A stretch of 32,000 bases of DNA from Acaryochloris marina MBIC11017. Its GTDB lineage: Bacteria > Cyanobacteriota > Cyanobacteriia > Thermosynechococcales > Thermosynechococcaceae. Shown here piece after piece: positions 7,549 to 16,970 of this stretch. Under the pieces are notes generated by a model, which worked only from the letters and a program-made list of their open reading frames with translations, was not told the origin of the DNA and did not search any database. Within the stretch, counting starts at the first letter, position 1, and each line of letters opens with the position of its first letter. The stretch is from NCBI RefSeq assembly GCF_000018105.1, contig NC_009931.1, positions 92,962 to 124,961 of the forward strand, in the 5' to 3' direction. A program made the translations under genes and the position numbers.

Positions 7549-10080
7549 ATGAATTATCGAAGTCTTCTAGAAAAACCTTTTTTAGCATTAGGGTTTCTTT
7601 TACTGTCAGCAAACCATGTAAATCCGCAGATCCTCCCAGATACAACACTCGGACCTGAAAGTTCAATCTCAATGCCTAACCAACTTATTAATGGTATACC
7701 GAGTATACGGTTGACTGGAGGAGCGACAAGAGGGTCAAATCTTTTCCACAGTTTTTTAGAGTTCAGTATCAACAATGGGCAAGCTGTTTATTTTGATAAT
7801 CCACTAAGTGTCAAAACTATCTTATCGAGAATAACTGGGAACAAGGTTTCACTAATTAATGGGGTACTAGGAAGTACAAGTAACGCTGATCTATTCTTTG
7901 TTAATCCTAATGGAATTATTTTTGGGCGAAATGCTGTCTTAGATATCAACGGTTCATTTTTTGGCAGCACTGCCAATCATCTTAGATTTATGGATGATTC
8001 AATTTTTTCCGCGAATCAGACCCATCAGGCTCCACTGTTAACAAATAGCTTGCCAAAAAGTCTTGAATTTGAAGGAGGGAATGGCCCAATACAGGTGATA
8101 GGCGAAGGCAATCGATTAACTGATTTCACAATTCTTCCTATTTTTAACCCTTTCGATCGTCCTCTCGGGCTAGCCCTAAGACCCCAAAATACATTTGCTT
8201 TGATCGGTGGAGAAATTCAAAGCCAAGGTGGTGTTATTAGATCTTCCAGTGGGCGAATTGAGTTGAGTAGTATCACCAAAGGAAAAGTACTTCTGAATCA
8301 ACTGAATTCAGATTGGACATTTGAGTATTCTGAAGTAGACTCTTTTGGGGACATCGCTCTCAACCAGCGATCCTTAATTGATACATCGGGTCTGGTCGGA
8401 GGACCCATTAACCTTCAAGCTAAGAACATCCTCCTGAATGATGGATCAACTGTTTTAATTCAAAATCTGGGCAATCTACCTTCAAGCGATATCACAGTTA
8501 ATGCTACCGATACAGTAACAGTGAGTGGAGTATCAAACGATCCTCGCTTTACACTTCCAGAAATCGCTCTAATCGCAGGGGATGAGTTGAACGTTAAAAT
8601 CCCCAGTACCTTTCTCACAGAAGCCCTTGGCCTTGGCACATCTGGTAACATTAAGATTTTTTCCCCAACAATACTAGTAAATGGTGGTGGACAAATTCTG
8701 GCTAGAACCAATGGGCCTGGAACTGCTGGAGATATAACAATCACATCCCCAGAATCTGTTCAAATAGACGGATTCGCACCAAATTTACCTGTTGTTTTTA
8801 GCAATATAAGCACTGCCACCTTTAATAGGGGTAATGCTGGAAATCTTGCAATATTCACCAACCAGTTGCTTGTGACCAATGGGGCTAATGTTGGTTCTTC
8901 GACTTTTGGGCTTGGAAATGGAGGAGATGTCCTTATCAATGCGAAAGATATTACTTTGAAAGGGATCGTGCCTGTCTTGTTTATTCCTAGTGCAATTAGT
9001 TCTGCTACTTTCAGTTTTGGTTCAGCAGGTACGTTGACCCTAAATACCTCTACATTGACATTGTTGGATGGCGGTAGGCTCGGAACATCGACAGTATCCT
9101 CAGGTAATGCAGGCAAAGTCACTATCAATGCATCTCAATTGATCAAAGTCAGTGGGACAGTTCCTGGGTCAATCAATCCTAGCTTGATTGATTCTTCCGC
9201 AAATATTGTTGACCCAGCATTAAGAGAACAACTCGGACTGCCGGGTGCGCCCCTACCCAATATTCCCAGCGGTACTGCTGGGGACGTAACCATTAGAACA
9301 AAGACCCTTCTCGTAAATAACGGTGGTCTCATCAGTGTTCGGAATGACGGCACAGGTGACGCTGGAACCCTGAGAATTTTTGCTGATTCCATCAAGTTAG
9401 AAAACAGAGGGAATATTGCTGCTTCAACGGCTGTAGGAAATGGAGGTAATTTAGTTTTTCAAATCCAAGATCTTTTATTTCTTAACCAATCGAGTAACAT
9501 TACTACCTCTGCCCAAAAATTTGGTATTGGCGGCAATATTGATATTAATTCAGGTGTAATTGCACTGTCGAATAATAGTGTCATATCTGGAAATGCTGAA
9601 CAAGCCAGTGGAGGTAATATTCGCATTGAGACCCAAGGAATATTTGTTTCAAGCGATAGTAAAATCACTGCTTCCTCACAACTTGGCCCTCAATTTTCGG
9701 GCAATATTGAGATAAACACACCAAATATCGATTTCACAAAAGCAACATTGGATCTGGCTGTAAGACCTGAAGTTGAAGAGGTTGCCATAAGCTGCAATAT
9801 TGATCCTGGAGAAGTAGCCAGCGAATTTACTCGTCCTGGCTCTGGTGGGGTTGCCTCAAATGCAGAAAAAACAGGGGAATTGAGAGTCGTTAAGAACAGG
9901 AATAATAATCTACAAACTCAAGAATATTATCTTGATCCAGAAACAGGAGAACCGAAAGTATACCCAAAGGTTGTTGGCTGGAAACGCAACCCAAATGGCA
10001 CAATTGCCATGACTTCAGACCCGACAGAAGCAGTCCAGACTCAAGCGTTTTGCTCAAGAACTGCTCACAATAATCTATAA
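7549..10080 (+). CDS. TpsA-type exoprotein with filamentous-haemagglutinin N-terminal (TPS) secretion domain and beta-helix repeats
   Basis: Signal peptide. TPS-domain motifs GGATRGSNLFHSFLEFSI and LFFVNPNGIIFG (NPNGI box). Repeated GNAG/GTAGD-x-T-I beta-helical units follow. Confidence 0.9.
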   Translation: MNYRSLLEKPFLALGFLLLSANHVNPQILPDTTLGPESSISMPNQLINGIPSIRLTGGATRGSNLFHSFLEFSINNGQAVYFDNPLSVKTILSRITGNKVSLINGVLGSTSNADLFFVNPNGIIFGRNAVLDINGSFFGSTANHLRFMDDSIFSANQTHQAPLLTNSLPKSLEFEGGNGPIQVIGEGNRLTDFTILPIFNPFDRPLGLALRPQNTFALIGGEIQSQGGVIRSSSGRIELSSITKGKVLLNQLNSDWTFEYSEVDSFGDIALNQRSLIDTSGLVGGPINLQAKNILLNDGSTVLIQNLGNLPSSDITVNATDTVTVSGVSNDPRFTLPEIALIAGDELNVKIPSTFLTEALGLGTSGNIKIFSPTILVNGGGQILARTNGPGTAGDITITSPESVQIDGFAPNLPVVFSNISTATFNRGNAGNLAIFTNQLLVTNGANVGSSTFGLGNGGDVLINAKDITLKGIVPVLFIPSAISSATFSFGSAGTLTLNTSTLTLLDGGRLGTSTVSSGNAGKVTINASQLIKVSGTVPGSINPSLIDSSANIVDPALREQLGLPGAPLPNIPSGTAGDVTIRTKTLLVNNGGLISVRNDGTGDAGTLRIFADSIKLENRGNIAASTAVGNGGNLVFQIQDLLFLNQSSNITTSAQKFGIGGNIDINSGVIALSNNSVISGNAEQASGGNIRIETQGIFVSSDSKITASSQLGPQFSGNIEINTPNIDFTKATLDLAVRPEVEEVAISCNIDPGEVASEFTRPGSGGVASNAEKTGELRVVKNRNNNLQTQEYYLDPETGEPKVYPKVVGWKRNPNGTIAMTSDPTEAVQTQAFCSRTAHNNL

Positions 10081-10086
10081 TTTTTC

Positions 10087-11790
10087 GTGATTACAATAAA
10101 AAAAACCGTTGTCCTTGGCATTGCTGGACCCTGTTTTTTTGCGCATCCAGCTATCGCCCAAGCAGACTCTTTAAACCCATCGGATCTGATCCCTCGGAAA
10201 TCGCCTTTCCCTGAAATACCCAGGCTTCCACAATCAGATAAACCCCTTAAAACTCCCTTGCTGCCGGGGCAAAATCCTCCTGTCTTAGTGGATGAATCTG
10301 TTCAAGTTGAAACCTTTATTTTTAAGGGCAATACCGTTTATTCGGATCTTGATTTATCTAAAATTGCTGTACCTTATCTACAGGAACCACAGACGTTATC
10401 TGACTTACAGGAACTTACGCAGAAAATCTCTGAATTTTACGCTAATGCCGGGTACGTCGCTACCTCAGCAACGATAGCTCAACAGGAAAACTCAAAGATA
10501 ACGCCTGACAAAGCTGTGATCACAATATTGATCACGGAAGGGAAATTAGAAGCAGTCGATATCCAAGGCGCAGATCGGCTAGAAAAATATATTCGTCGGA
10601 GGCTACCTAAGCCCAACACGATTATCAACGAAGACACCATTTTAGAAGATATCCGACTGCTCCAGGCCAATCCTTTGGTTAAGCAGATTTCCGCTAGCTT
10701 GATTAAAGGAGCCTATCGGGATCGCTTTACCCTTAACGTTGAAGTGGTGCCAGCAAAACAGAGAAGTTTAGCTCTAATCTTGGACAATGATCGGTCGCCC
10801 TCCATTGGCAGTTTTCAGCGGAGTGTGGACTTTACAGATCGCAACCTCTTGGGGTTAGGAGACACCGTAAACTTCAAGTTCTCCAACACCGATGGCAGTA
10901 ATTCCGTTCAATTCTCCTACTTCCTTCCTGTTAATTCACAAAACGGTACTGTGGGTGTGAAGTACTTCTACGGCTCCAGCAAGGTGGTAGAAGACCCATT
11001 TGATGAAGTCGATATCAGCGCAGTTGCTGATTATACTGAAGTCTTCTTCCGACAACCGATCATCCACGAGGCAACCGCTGACTCTGTTCAAGAATTTGCC
11101 TTGGGGCTGTCCTTCAGTCGAGAAACTAGCGATTTCACGCTACTGGGCATACCATTCCCTGTTTCTCGCGGATCTGATCCTATGGGTGAGACAAAGACGT
11201 CTGTTTTACGCTTCTCGCAGGACTGGTCTAAGCAATCTGCTGAGAACGTGTTTTTTGCCCGATCTCAGTTCAGTTTTGGCTTACCGATATTGGATGCAAC
11301 CATCAACTCTACGGGTCCAGATGGGCGCTTTTTCCTATGGCGATTGCAAGGGTTGTGGGGTCGGAGATTATTCGACGACTGGACAATAACTTTTCGTTCC
11401 GAACTCCAGCTTGCGGATAGCCCCTTGGTCCCCGCTGAGCAGTTCACATTGGGGGGGTTCTCGTCCGCTCGGGGTTATCGTCAAAACCTGTTGTTGGGGG
11501 ACAATGGCTGGCTCGGGGCAGTCGAGCTGGGGATTCCACTTTACTCCGGTTCATTGGGGAATTTAAGCCTCGCTCCTTTCTTTGAAGTTGGAACCGTTTG
11601 GGATAACCAACCTCAACTTATTGCCACTCCAAGCACCCTCGCCTCTACGGGCTTAGGATTACGGTTTCAGGCCAAAGACTGCTTGAGTGCGCGGATAGAT
11701 TGGGGTATACCGTTAATCAACATGCCTGACAATCGCTCCACACTTCAAGAATCTGGCGTTTATTTCTCACTGCGATGCGATATTCTCTAG
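10087..11790 (+). CDS. ShlB/FhaC/HecB-family TpsB outer-membrane transporter (POTRA plus 16-strand barrel)
   Basis: Signal peptide ending AIAQA. ShlB-type POTRA (FIFKGNTVYSDLDL...ISEFYANAGYVATSA). Barrel motif FTLGGFSSARGYRQN. C-terminal aromatic-rich strand. GTG start 6 nt after the TpsA stop. Confidence 0.9.
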   Translation: MITIKKTVVLGIAGPCFFAHPAIAQADSLNPSDLIPRKSPFPEIPRLPQSDKPLKTPLLPGQNPPVLVDESVQVETFIFKGNTVYSDLDLSKIAVPYLQEPQTLSDLQELTQKISEFYANAGYVATSATIAQQENSKITPDKAVITILITEGKLEAVDIQGADRLEKYIRRRLPKPNTIINEDTILEDIRLLQANPLVKQISASLIKGAYRDRFTLNVEVVPAKQRSLALILDNDRSPSIGSFQRSVDFTDRNLLGLGDTVNFKFSNTDGSNSVQFSYFLPVNSQNGTVGVKYFYGSSKVVEDPFDEVDISAVADYTEVFFRQPIIHEATADSVQEFALGLSFSRETSDFTLLGIPFPVSRGSDPMGETKTSVLRFSQDWSKQSAENVFFARSQFSFGLPILDATINSTGPDGRFFLWRLQGLWGRRLFDDWTITFRSELQLADSPLVPAEQFTLGGFSSARGYRQNLLLGDNGWLGAVELGIPLYSGSLGNLSLAPFFEVGTVWDNQPQLIATPSTLASTGLGLRFQAKDCLSARIDWGIPLINMPDNRSTLQESGVYFSLRCDIL

Positions 11791-14243
11791 CCATACTTCT
11801 CAGTACAACTATGGTCCTGACAGGCCTACCCGTCTGGGCAGACGCCATCGAGGACGCAGGCCAGTACGCTGCAAAAGGCCAATCTCTTCTGGAGCAGGGC
11901 AACCCCAGTGCTGCGCTGGAGACCTGGCGGAAAGCTTTGCAGATATACAAAAAAGAGAAATCAGAAACAGGCGAGAAAAATGCGCTTGTGAACATGAGCG
12001 TAGCGCATCAGGCGAAAGGCCAATACCCTAGCGCCTGTTGGGTACTGATGGATGCGCTTGAGGTAGATAGGAGTGCCATTTGCCGCAATGTCAACCGACC
12101 CACGCCTGAAGAGGTTGACAACGCCCTGAATATCATCAAGAAACAACCAGACACATCACTCACCCTCAAAGCCCTACAAGAGCTAGGTATCACGTTACGA
12201 GTGATTGGGAATCTTGATGAATCTGTATCCGTCCTGGAGCTAGCTCTAGCCTCAGCTCAACGGCAAAATCTAGGTTTAGAGCAGAACGCGATCAGGATGA
12301 GCTTGGCGAATGTGCAAGCAGATATGATTCGCCAAGCTCAGAATCGATTTTCTTTATCAGACAATCCACTGACTAAAGCTCAATTTGTGGCGGTCCCAAC
12401 TTCGACCCTCCCGGAAGTGTCGCAAACTTATCTGGATCTGGCTGAACAAGGGCCAGAATTTCTGCAAGCGCGATTAAATTGGCTCAAATTGTTCTTAGCT
12501 ATTCATCAATGGGCTAACCAAGATCCAACAAATCCTAAGCTATCTGCACTCAGAGCCAGCTTGTTACCCCACCTGGCCTCCACGCTGAACAAAGCCGTGG
12601 TCGCAGATTACACCATCGAATCACCCATCGAAAGTATCTACAGTCGAATCAAGTTAGCAAAATACCTTCTGGAGATACAGCAGAATGATTTACCTGTATC
12701 CACGGAAAAGCATCCACTCATTCACGCCTTTGAACTGGTAAATTCAGCTCGCAATGATGCCCTGAATATCAAGAACAAGCGGGCGGAATCCTTTGCTATA
12801 GGGGTTCTTGGGAAGTTATATAAAACCTCGCAGCAAATTGAACAGGCACAAGAAGCGTTTGAGGCTGCTAGAGTTCTCGCGGCCACGAGTGAATCATCCG
12901 ATTCAGCCTATGAGTGGGAATGGGAGTTAGCTCAACTTTACCGAGAAAAAGGGCAAACCCAAGAGGCTATCTCAGCCTATGAACGCTCCTTCAAACATCT
13001 CGATCAGGTGCGAGGTGATTTGCTCCCTATCGACTCGGAACTACTGTTCAGGTTCTCCGATAAAGTTAAACCCGTTTATCAGCAATACATCAGCCTATTG
13101 TTGGAATCTGACTCACCAGATCTTGAGAAAGTTGTTCTAACCAATGAGCAACTGCAAGTCGCCCAAATTGAGAATTTTCTCCACTGCGGAAAGCTGATTT
13201 TTGTATCCACAACCAAAATCGAGGATGCACCGACAACCATCCACATTCTGGAACTTGAAGATAGGTTTGAGATTCTCGTGCCCAACAACGAAACTTGGGC
13301 ACGGTTCTCAGCGGATGGAGAGAGAGTCAGGGGACTTGCCCGTAAGCTCCTGATCGAGCTTCAAGATCAAGGCTTCTCTGATACGGATGACAATTATTTG
13401 TTAGCAGAGTCCCAATCGCTCTACCAGCTATTGCTAGGCCCCATTGAGCAACAGGGATTATTGCCAGACCAGGAGGATACGATTGTATTTGTCACGGATG
13501 GCCTGCTGAGCAACATTCCGCTATCCATACTCCATGATGGGAAGGAATACTTAATCGAGCGCTATAGCATTGCAACTAACCTGGGGAGGTTGCAAGCTCC
13601 CAAAGCAACGAACCCAGAACGACTTAAACTGCTGATCGCGGGAATATCGAAAGCAAGTCCAAGCCTATCTGCTCCACAGGTGCCCCAGGATCTTGAAGTC
13701 TTGACAGAAACTGAAGAAGAAGCCAATTTAATTAGCAGCAGTATAAGAGCATCTACCTTGCTGAACAAAAATTTTACTGCTGACAACCTTCAAAGGAAGT
13801 TGAACGACGATTACAATGCATTGCATATTTCCACCCACGGGCAGTTCTCCTCTGATCCCAATCAGACATTTTTACTGGCCTGGGACAAACCTCTACCATT
13901 ACAAGAACTTGATTCCATCCTAAGACAGGGCACTCAGGTTGCTGCCAACAATTTGGAGCTACTATTTTTGAGCGCTTGCCAAACCGCCAAGGGTGACCCC
14001 TTATCAAGCCTGGGGATTGCGGGTGTCTCCATCCAGGCGGGTGCGCGATCAACAGTTGCCTCATTATGGCTAGTAGATGCTCAATCCACTGCTCAACTTG
14101 CAGGCAGCTTCTACGAATCACTAGCTAATGGCAAGACGAAAGCTGAGGCACTACGGAAGGCTCAATTAGCATTATTGGACAAACCCGCCACTCGTCATCC
14201 GTACTACTGGGCTTCATTCTTTCTCTCAGGGAGCTGGCTTTGA
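11775..14243 (+). CDS. exported TPR-repeat / CHAT-domain (caspase-fold peptidase-like) protein
   Basis: N-terminal signal peptide MRYSLAILLSTTMVLTGLPVWADA. TPR-like helical repeats. CHAT core with the His/Cys dyad: LHISTHGQF (His codon 13836-13838) and LLFLSACQTAKGD (Cys codon 13977-13979), then HPYYWASFFLSGSW. The start overlaps the TpsB stop by 16 nt. Confidence 0.9.
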   Translation: MRYSLAILLSTTMVLTGLPVWADAIEDAGQYAAKGQSLLEQGNPSAALETWRKALQIYKKEKSETGEKNALVNMSVAHQAKGQYPSACWVLMDALEVDRSAICRNVNRPTPEEVDNALNIIKKQPDTSLTLKALQELGITLRVIGNLDESVSVLELALASAQRQNLGLEQNAIRMSLANVQADMIRQAQNRFSLSDNPLTKAQFVAVPTSTLPEVSQTYLDLAEQGPEFLQARLNWLKLFLAIHQWANQDPTNPKLSALRASLLPHLASTLNKAVVADYTIESPIESIYSRIKLAKYLLEIQQNDLPVSTEKHPLIHAFELVNSARNDALNIKNKRAESFAIGVLGKLYKTSQQIEQAQEAFEAARVLAATSESSDSAYEWEWELAQLYREKGQTQEAISAYERSFKHLDQVRGDLLPIDSELLFRFSDKVKPVYQQYISLLLESDSPDLEKVVLTNEQLQVAQIENFLHCGKLIFVSTTKIEDAPTTIHILELEDRFEILVPNNETWARFSADGERVRGLARKLLIELQDQGFSDTDDNYLLAESQSLYQLLLGPIEQQGLLPDQEDTIVFVTDGLLSNIPLSILHDGKEYLIERYSIATNLGRLQAPKATNPERLKLLIAGISKASPSLSAPQVPQDLEVLTETEEEANLISSSIRASTLLNKNFTADNLQRKLNDDYNALHISTHGQFSSDPNQTFLLAWDKPLPLQELDSILRQGTQVAANNLELLFLSACQTAKGDPLSSLGIAGVSIQAGARSTVASLWLVDAQSTAQLAGSFYESLANGKTKAEALRKAQLALLDKPATRHPYYWASFFLSGSWL

Positions 14244-15169
14244 TATCGATCCAGCGCTTGCAGTCCCTCAGTCGCTTTCTTTAGGGCAATTTGATTACCC
14301 TGAGCCTTTGCCAGTTGCTTAGCCTTGAGATACTGCTTCCTGGCCTCACTGAGTAATTTCGCATCAATATACCGTTCGGCTAAGACTCTAAAAATCTCTG
14401 GGTGGTTGCTACCCGACTGAACCCTATCCCTTAATGCTTTAATACTCTGATTTAGTAGACCCTCATCCAAGTAGGCAGCGTTTAAGTCTAGATAGGCTTC
14501 TTGGTCTGGATCAAGATTTAGACGGCGAATGAGCTGGATAGTCTGCTGAAGCCGCCTGGTTTTAGCGGAATCAAGTAAACGGAATATTGATGAATCCGCG
14601 ACAATCGGAACGTCATTTCTATAGGCAACCACACTGACCTTGTAATGATTCTCTGAACTCAAGGGGGCTTGTTCGGTAGGATATGCCGCAGACGTTGAGG
14701 TTGTGGTTATTGACCATAATCCTTTTTCCTGATCAGCAACTTCTAGCTGATATTTCGTTGCGCCAGGAACAGCTAACCAAGTAAAGCTTGGCCGGGTTTC
14801 TAGCAGCCAACGACCATAGGGAGTGATAATTCTGGGTGTTTCTCCTGACCCTTGTCCTCCCTTGATTCGCTTACAAAAGCTACGAGAAGAAAGAGGACAT
14901 TTTTTTCTGGAATTCCTAGTCTGTTTTTTAGGCTGACACGGTTGCTCAGATCCGCTGAAGTAGCAGAGGACCATACCACCCTTAATTTGTGAAACTATCT
15001 GGTCACCATTGCAAAGTAATTTACCGACGAGGTTCTGCTGATTCGTCTTCAAAATTCGGCCAATCGGTTCACAGGCATCGTTCTTGGGTTGCACCTGAGC
15101 CATAGACAAAGCAGGCCAAAGAATAAGTGAGGCCGTCAGAGTTAAGCTAACTTGCACCGCGAATTTCAT
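14204..15169 (-). CDS. secreted Cys-rich protein with a DUF928-like central module and helical (TPR-like) C-terminus
   Basis: Signal peptide MKFAVQVSLTLTASLILWPALSMAQV and 8 Cys in the first ~100 mature residues. KRIKGGQGSGETPRIITPYG...TRPSFTWLAVPGATKYQLEV resembles, from memory, the R-x-GG-x-x...P-T-F-x-W layout of cyanobacterial DUF928 proteins. The 3' end overlaps the CHAT gene 3' end by 40 nt, convergently. Confidence 0.65.
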   Translation of the reverse strand: MKFAVQVSLTLTASLILWPALSMAQVQPKNDACEPIGRILKTNQQNLVGKLLCNGDQIVSQIKGGMVLCYFSGSEQPCQPKKQTRNSRKKCPLSSRSFCKRIKGGQGSGETPRIITPYGRWLLETRPSFTWLAVPGATKYQLEVADQEKGLWSITTTSTSAAYPTEQAPLSSENHYKVSVVAYRNDVPIVADSSIFRLLDSAKTRRLQQTIQLIRRLNLDPDQEAYLDLNAAYLDEGLLNQSIKALRDRVQSGSNHPEIFRVLAERYIDAKLLSEARKQYLKAKQLAKAQGNQIALKKATEGLQALDRYQSQLPERKNEAQ

Positions 15170-15218
15170 CTGAAGAAGGGTAAAATACCTATTTTTTCTT
15201 TGTTAATAAGATTATAGG

Positions 15219-16955
15219 CTACGGTTTTTGAAATATTTTATCAAGAACACCGTCTTTCCATTCTTCGACCTCTGGTAAAAAAGAATCTAGCCGCAAGCAA
15301 GCCTTCCATGATTGCTGGGCAAGCGTATCATTACCTTGTTCCTGATAGACTTGGGCGATCAGGCAATGGGCGGCTGCCATTTCAGGATCTGAGCGAATCG
15401 CTTGTTGTAAACGTCCCTCAGCTTGCCTGTAATCTCCCAGCTTGAATTCAGCCCATCCCAAATTCTTCAGCAGACGCGCTCTACTTAAATCCTCGGCAGC
15501 CTTATCCAGTGCCCCTATCACCAAAACTTTGGCTTCTTCATAATTACCCTGCAAAATTTTGAGACGAGATAAATTACTTGCTGATCCTACGACTTGGATG
15601 TCTGTAGCGTTATCAATTACCAGCTTGTAGTATCTCTCGGCTAAATTGTTATTCCCTTGATCTTCATACATGGCAGCAAGATTGAATGTTGATATCCAAT
15701 AATTAGGATTTGTCTGAGCAGCTTTTTGAAAATTCTCAATAGCACAGGGAAGATTCCCCTGGACCTCACAAACAAGACCGAGATTGTTGTAAGCTTCTTC
15801 GTTGTTGGGATTGAGACGTAATGACTGCTGGTAATTTTGTTTTGCAGCATCAAGCTGATTATTCAATTGCTCATCACGCCCCTTTATAAAGTGACGTTCG
15901 GCCATGAATTGATCGTATTCGCCCTTAATCTCCCTAATAGCAAAGGAACCCAAAACAGCTAATAAAACAGCTAAAAAACCCACACTACACTTGAAATAAG
16001 GAGAGCGGCTGGTTTTCTCCCAAAGCTCCAACTTTCCTATATCTTGAAGTAAATACTGAGTACTTTGATGCCGATCTCCTGGTTGAATCGACGTCATTTT
16101 ATCCAGAAGATTAGCAAATCTGCGGTGTAAGCGGGGAGCTTGATCTTGCCAAATGGGTTGACCAGTTTGCTTGTCGATGGGGAGTTTGTAGGGCTGAATC
16201 CCCGTCAGTATTTCGATGATTGTCCGACCTAGTGCATAAAAATCTGACTGGGGTAGCGCTTTTCCATTAACCTGCTCTAGCGGGGAATAGCCCATGCTTT
16301 GAATCAAAGTAATATCGTCAAAGCGCTCAGTAATGTCATCAGTATTCTCAGGCGTTGCTAACTTAGCAATGTAGGTTTCGCTGATTGGCCTAATTGCACC
16401 GAAGTCTATTAAAGCCAGTGTTCCATCGGGTCTCACAATGATGTTTGAGGGTTTAATGTCTCGATGGAAAAACCGTTCATTGTGTACTGCATGGAGAATT
16501 TCAGCTAGTTGCTTAAGCCAGTTGAGTGCTTGATGGGGTGGTACTGGATCATGAGTTTTTAGCCATTCCTTGAGATTCTGTCCCTCAAAGCGCTCCATCA
16601 CAAATCCATAGATCTCGCTTGGGCTTTGGATAGGATTTAGTTTGATGGTGTAATACTCCCACCATTCCGCTCTGGGAACGCAAGGATGGCGAATACTCCT
16701 AAGTGCAACATATTCACGCTCAAACATCGTTACTAACTTTGGTTGCACATCCTTGAGGATCTTTATGATTTTGATATCGTCATCACCAGCTTGCGCTTCA
16801 TAGATATCGGTACGCCTAAGTGGGTGAAGATCATTCAACGGTTTTAGCAGGCGATACTTTTCCCCTATAAGCAAGGAAACACCACACCCCTGACAACACT
16901 CCAAGTGATCTGGATTTTGCCGCTGATCACAGTTTGGGTTTGGACAGTAACTCAC
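15219..16955 (-). CDS. transmembrane Ser/Thr protein kinase: N-terminal 4-Cys zinc-ribbon, Hanks kinase domain, one TM helix, C-terminal TPR array
   Basis: CPNPNC...CQGCG; catalytic loop HRDIKPSNIIV; DFG (LIDFGAIR); GYSPLEQ (APE equivalent). TM VGFLAVLLAVLGSFAI. At least five TPR-like units (AYNNLGLVCEVQGN, AAMYEDQGN, LIAQVYQEQGN and others). GTG start 15 nt downstream of the STAND gene stop. Confidence 0.9.
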   Translation of the reverse strand: MSYCPNPNCDQRQNPDHLECCQGCGVSLLIGEKYRLLKPLNDLHPLRRTDIYEAQAGDDDIKIIKILKDVQPKLVTMFEREYVALRSIRHPCVPRAEWWEYYTIKLNPIQSPSEIYGFVMERFEGQNLKEWLKTHDPVPPHQALNWLKQLAEILHAVHNERFFHRDIKPSNIIVRPDGTLALIDFGAIRPISETYIAKLATPENTDDITERFDDITLIQSMGYSPLEQVNGKALPQSDFYALGRTIIEILTGIQPYKLPIDKQTGQPIWQDQAPRLHRRFANLLDKMTSIQPGDRHQSTQYLLQDIGKLELWEKTSRSPYFKCSVGFLAVLLAVLGSFAIREIKGEYDQFMAERHFIKGRDEQLNNQLDAAKQNYQQSLRLNPNNEEAYNNLGLVCEVQGNLPCAIENFQKAAQTNPNYWISTFNLAAMYEDQGNNNLAERYYKLVIDNATDIQVVGSASNLSRLKILQGNYEEAKVLVIGALDKAAEDLSRARLLKNLGWAEFKLGDYRQAEGRLQQAIRSDPEMAAAHCLIAQVYQEQGNDTLAQQSWKACLRLDSFLPEVEEWKDGVLDKIFQKP

Positions 16956-16970
16956 TGGTCAACAACCTTG

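Noticed and set aside
7554-9668. Series of minus-strand ORFs (7554..7775, 7788..7976, 8460..8744, 8760..9128, 9135..9395, 9459..9668) inside the TpsA gene
   Set aside because: They are antisense shadow ORFs typical of repetitive Gly/Asn/Thr-rich beta-helix coding sequence. They have no motifs and lie entirely inside a well-supported CDS.
11000-14121. Nested or antisense ORFs within the TpsB and CHAT genes (for example 11000..11389, 11717..11995, 13774..14121)
   Set aside because: They are out-of-frame or antisense to strongly supported genes, with no recognisable motifs.
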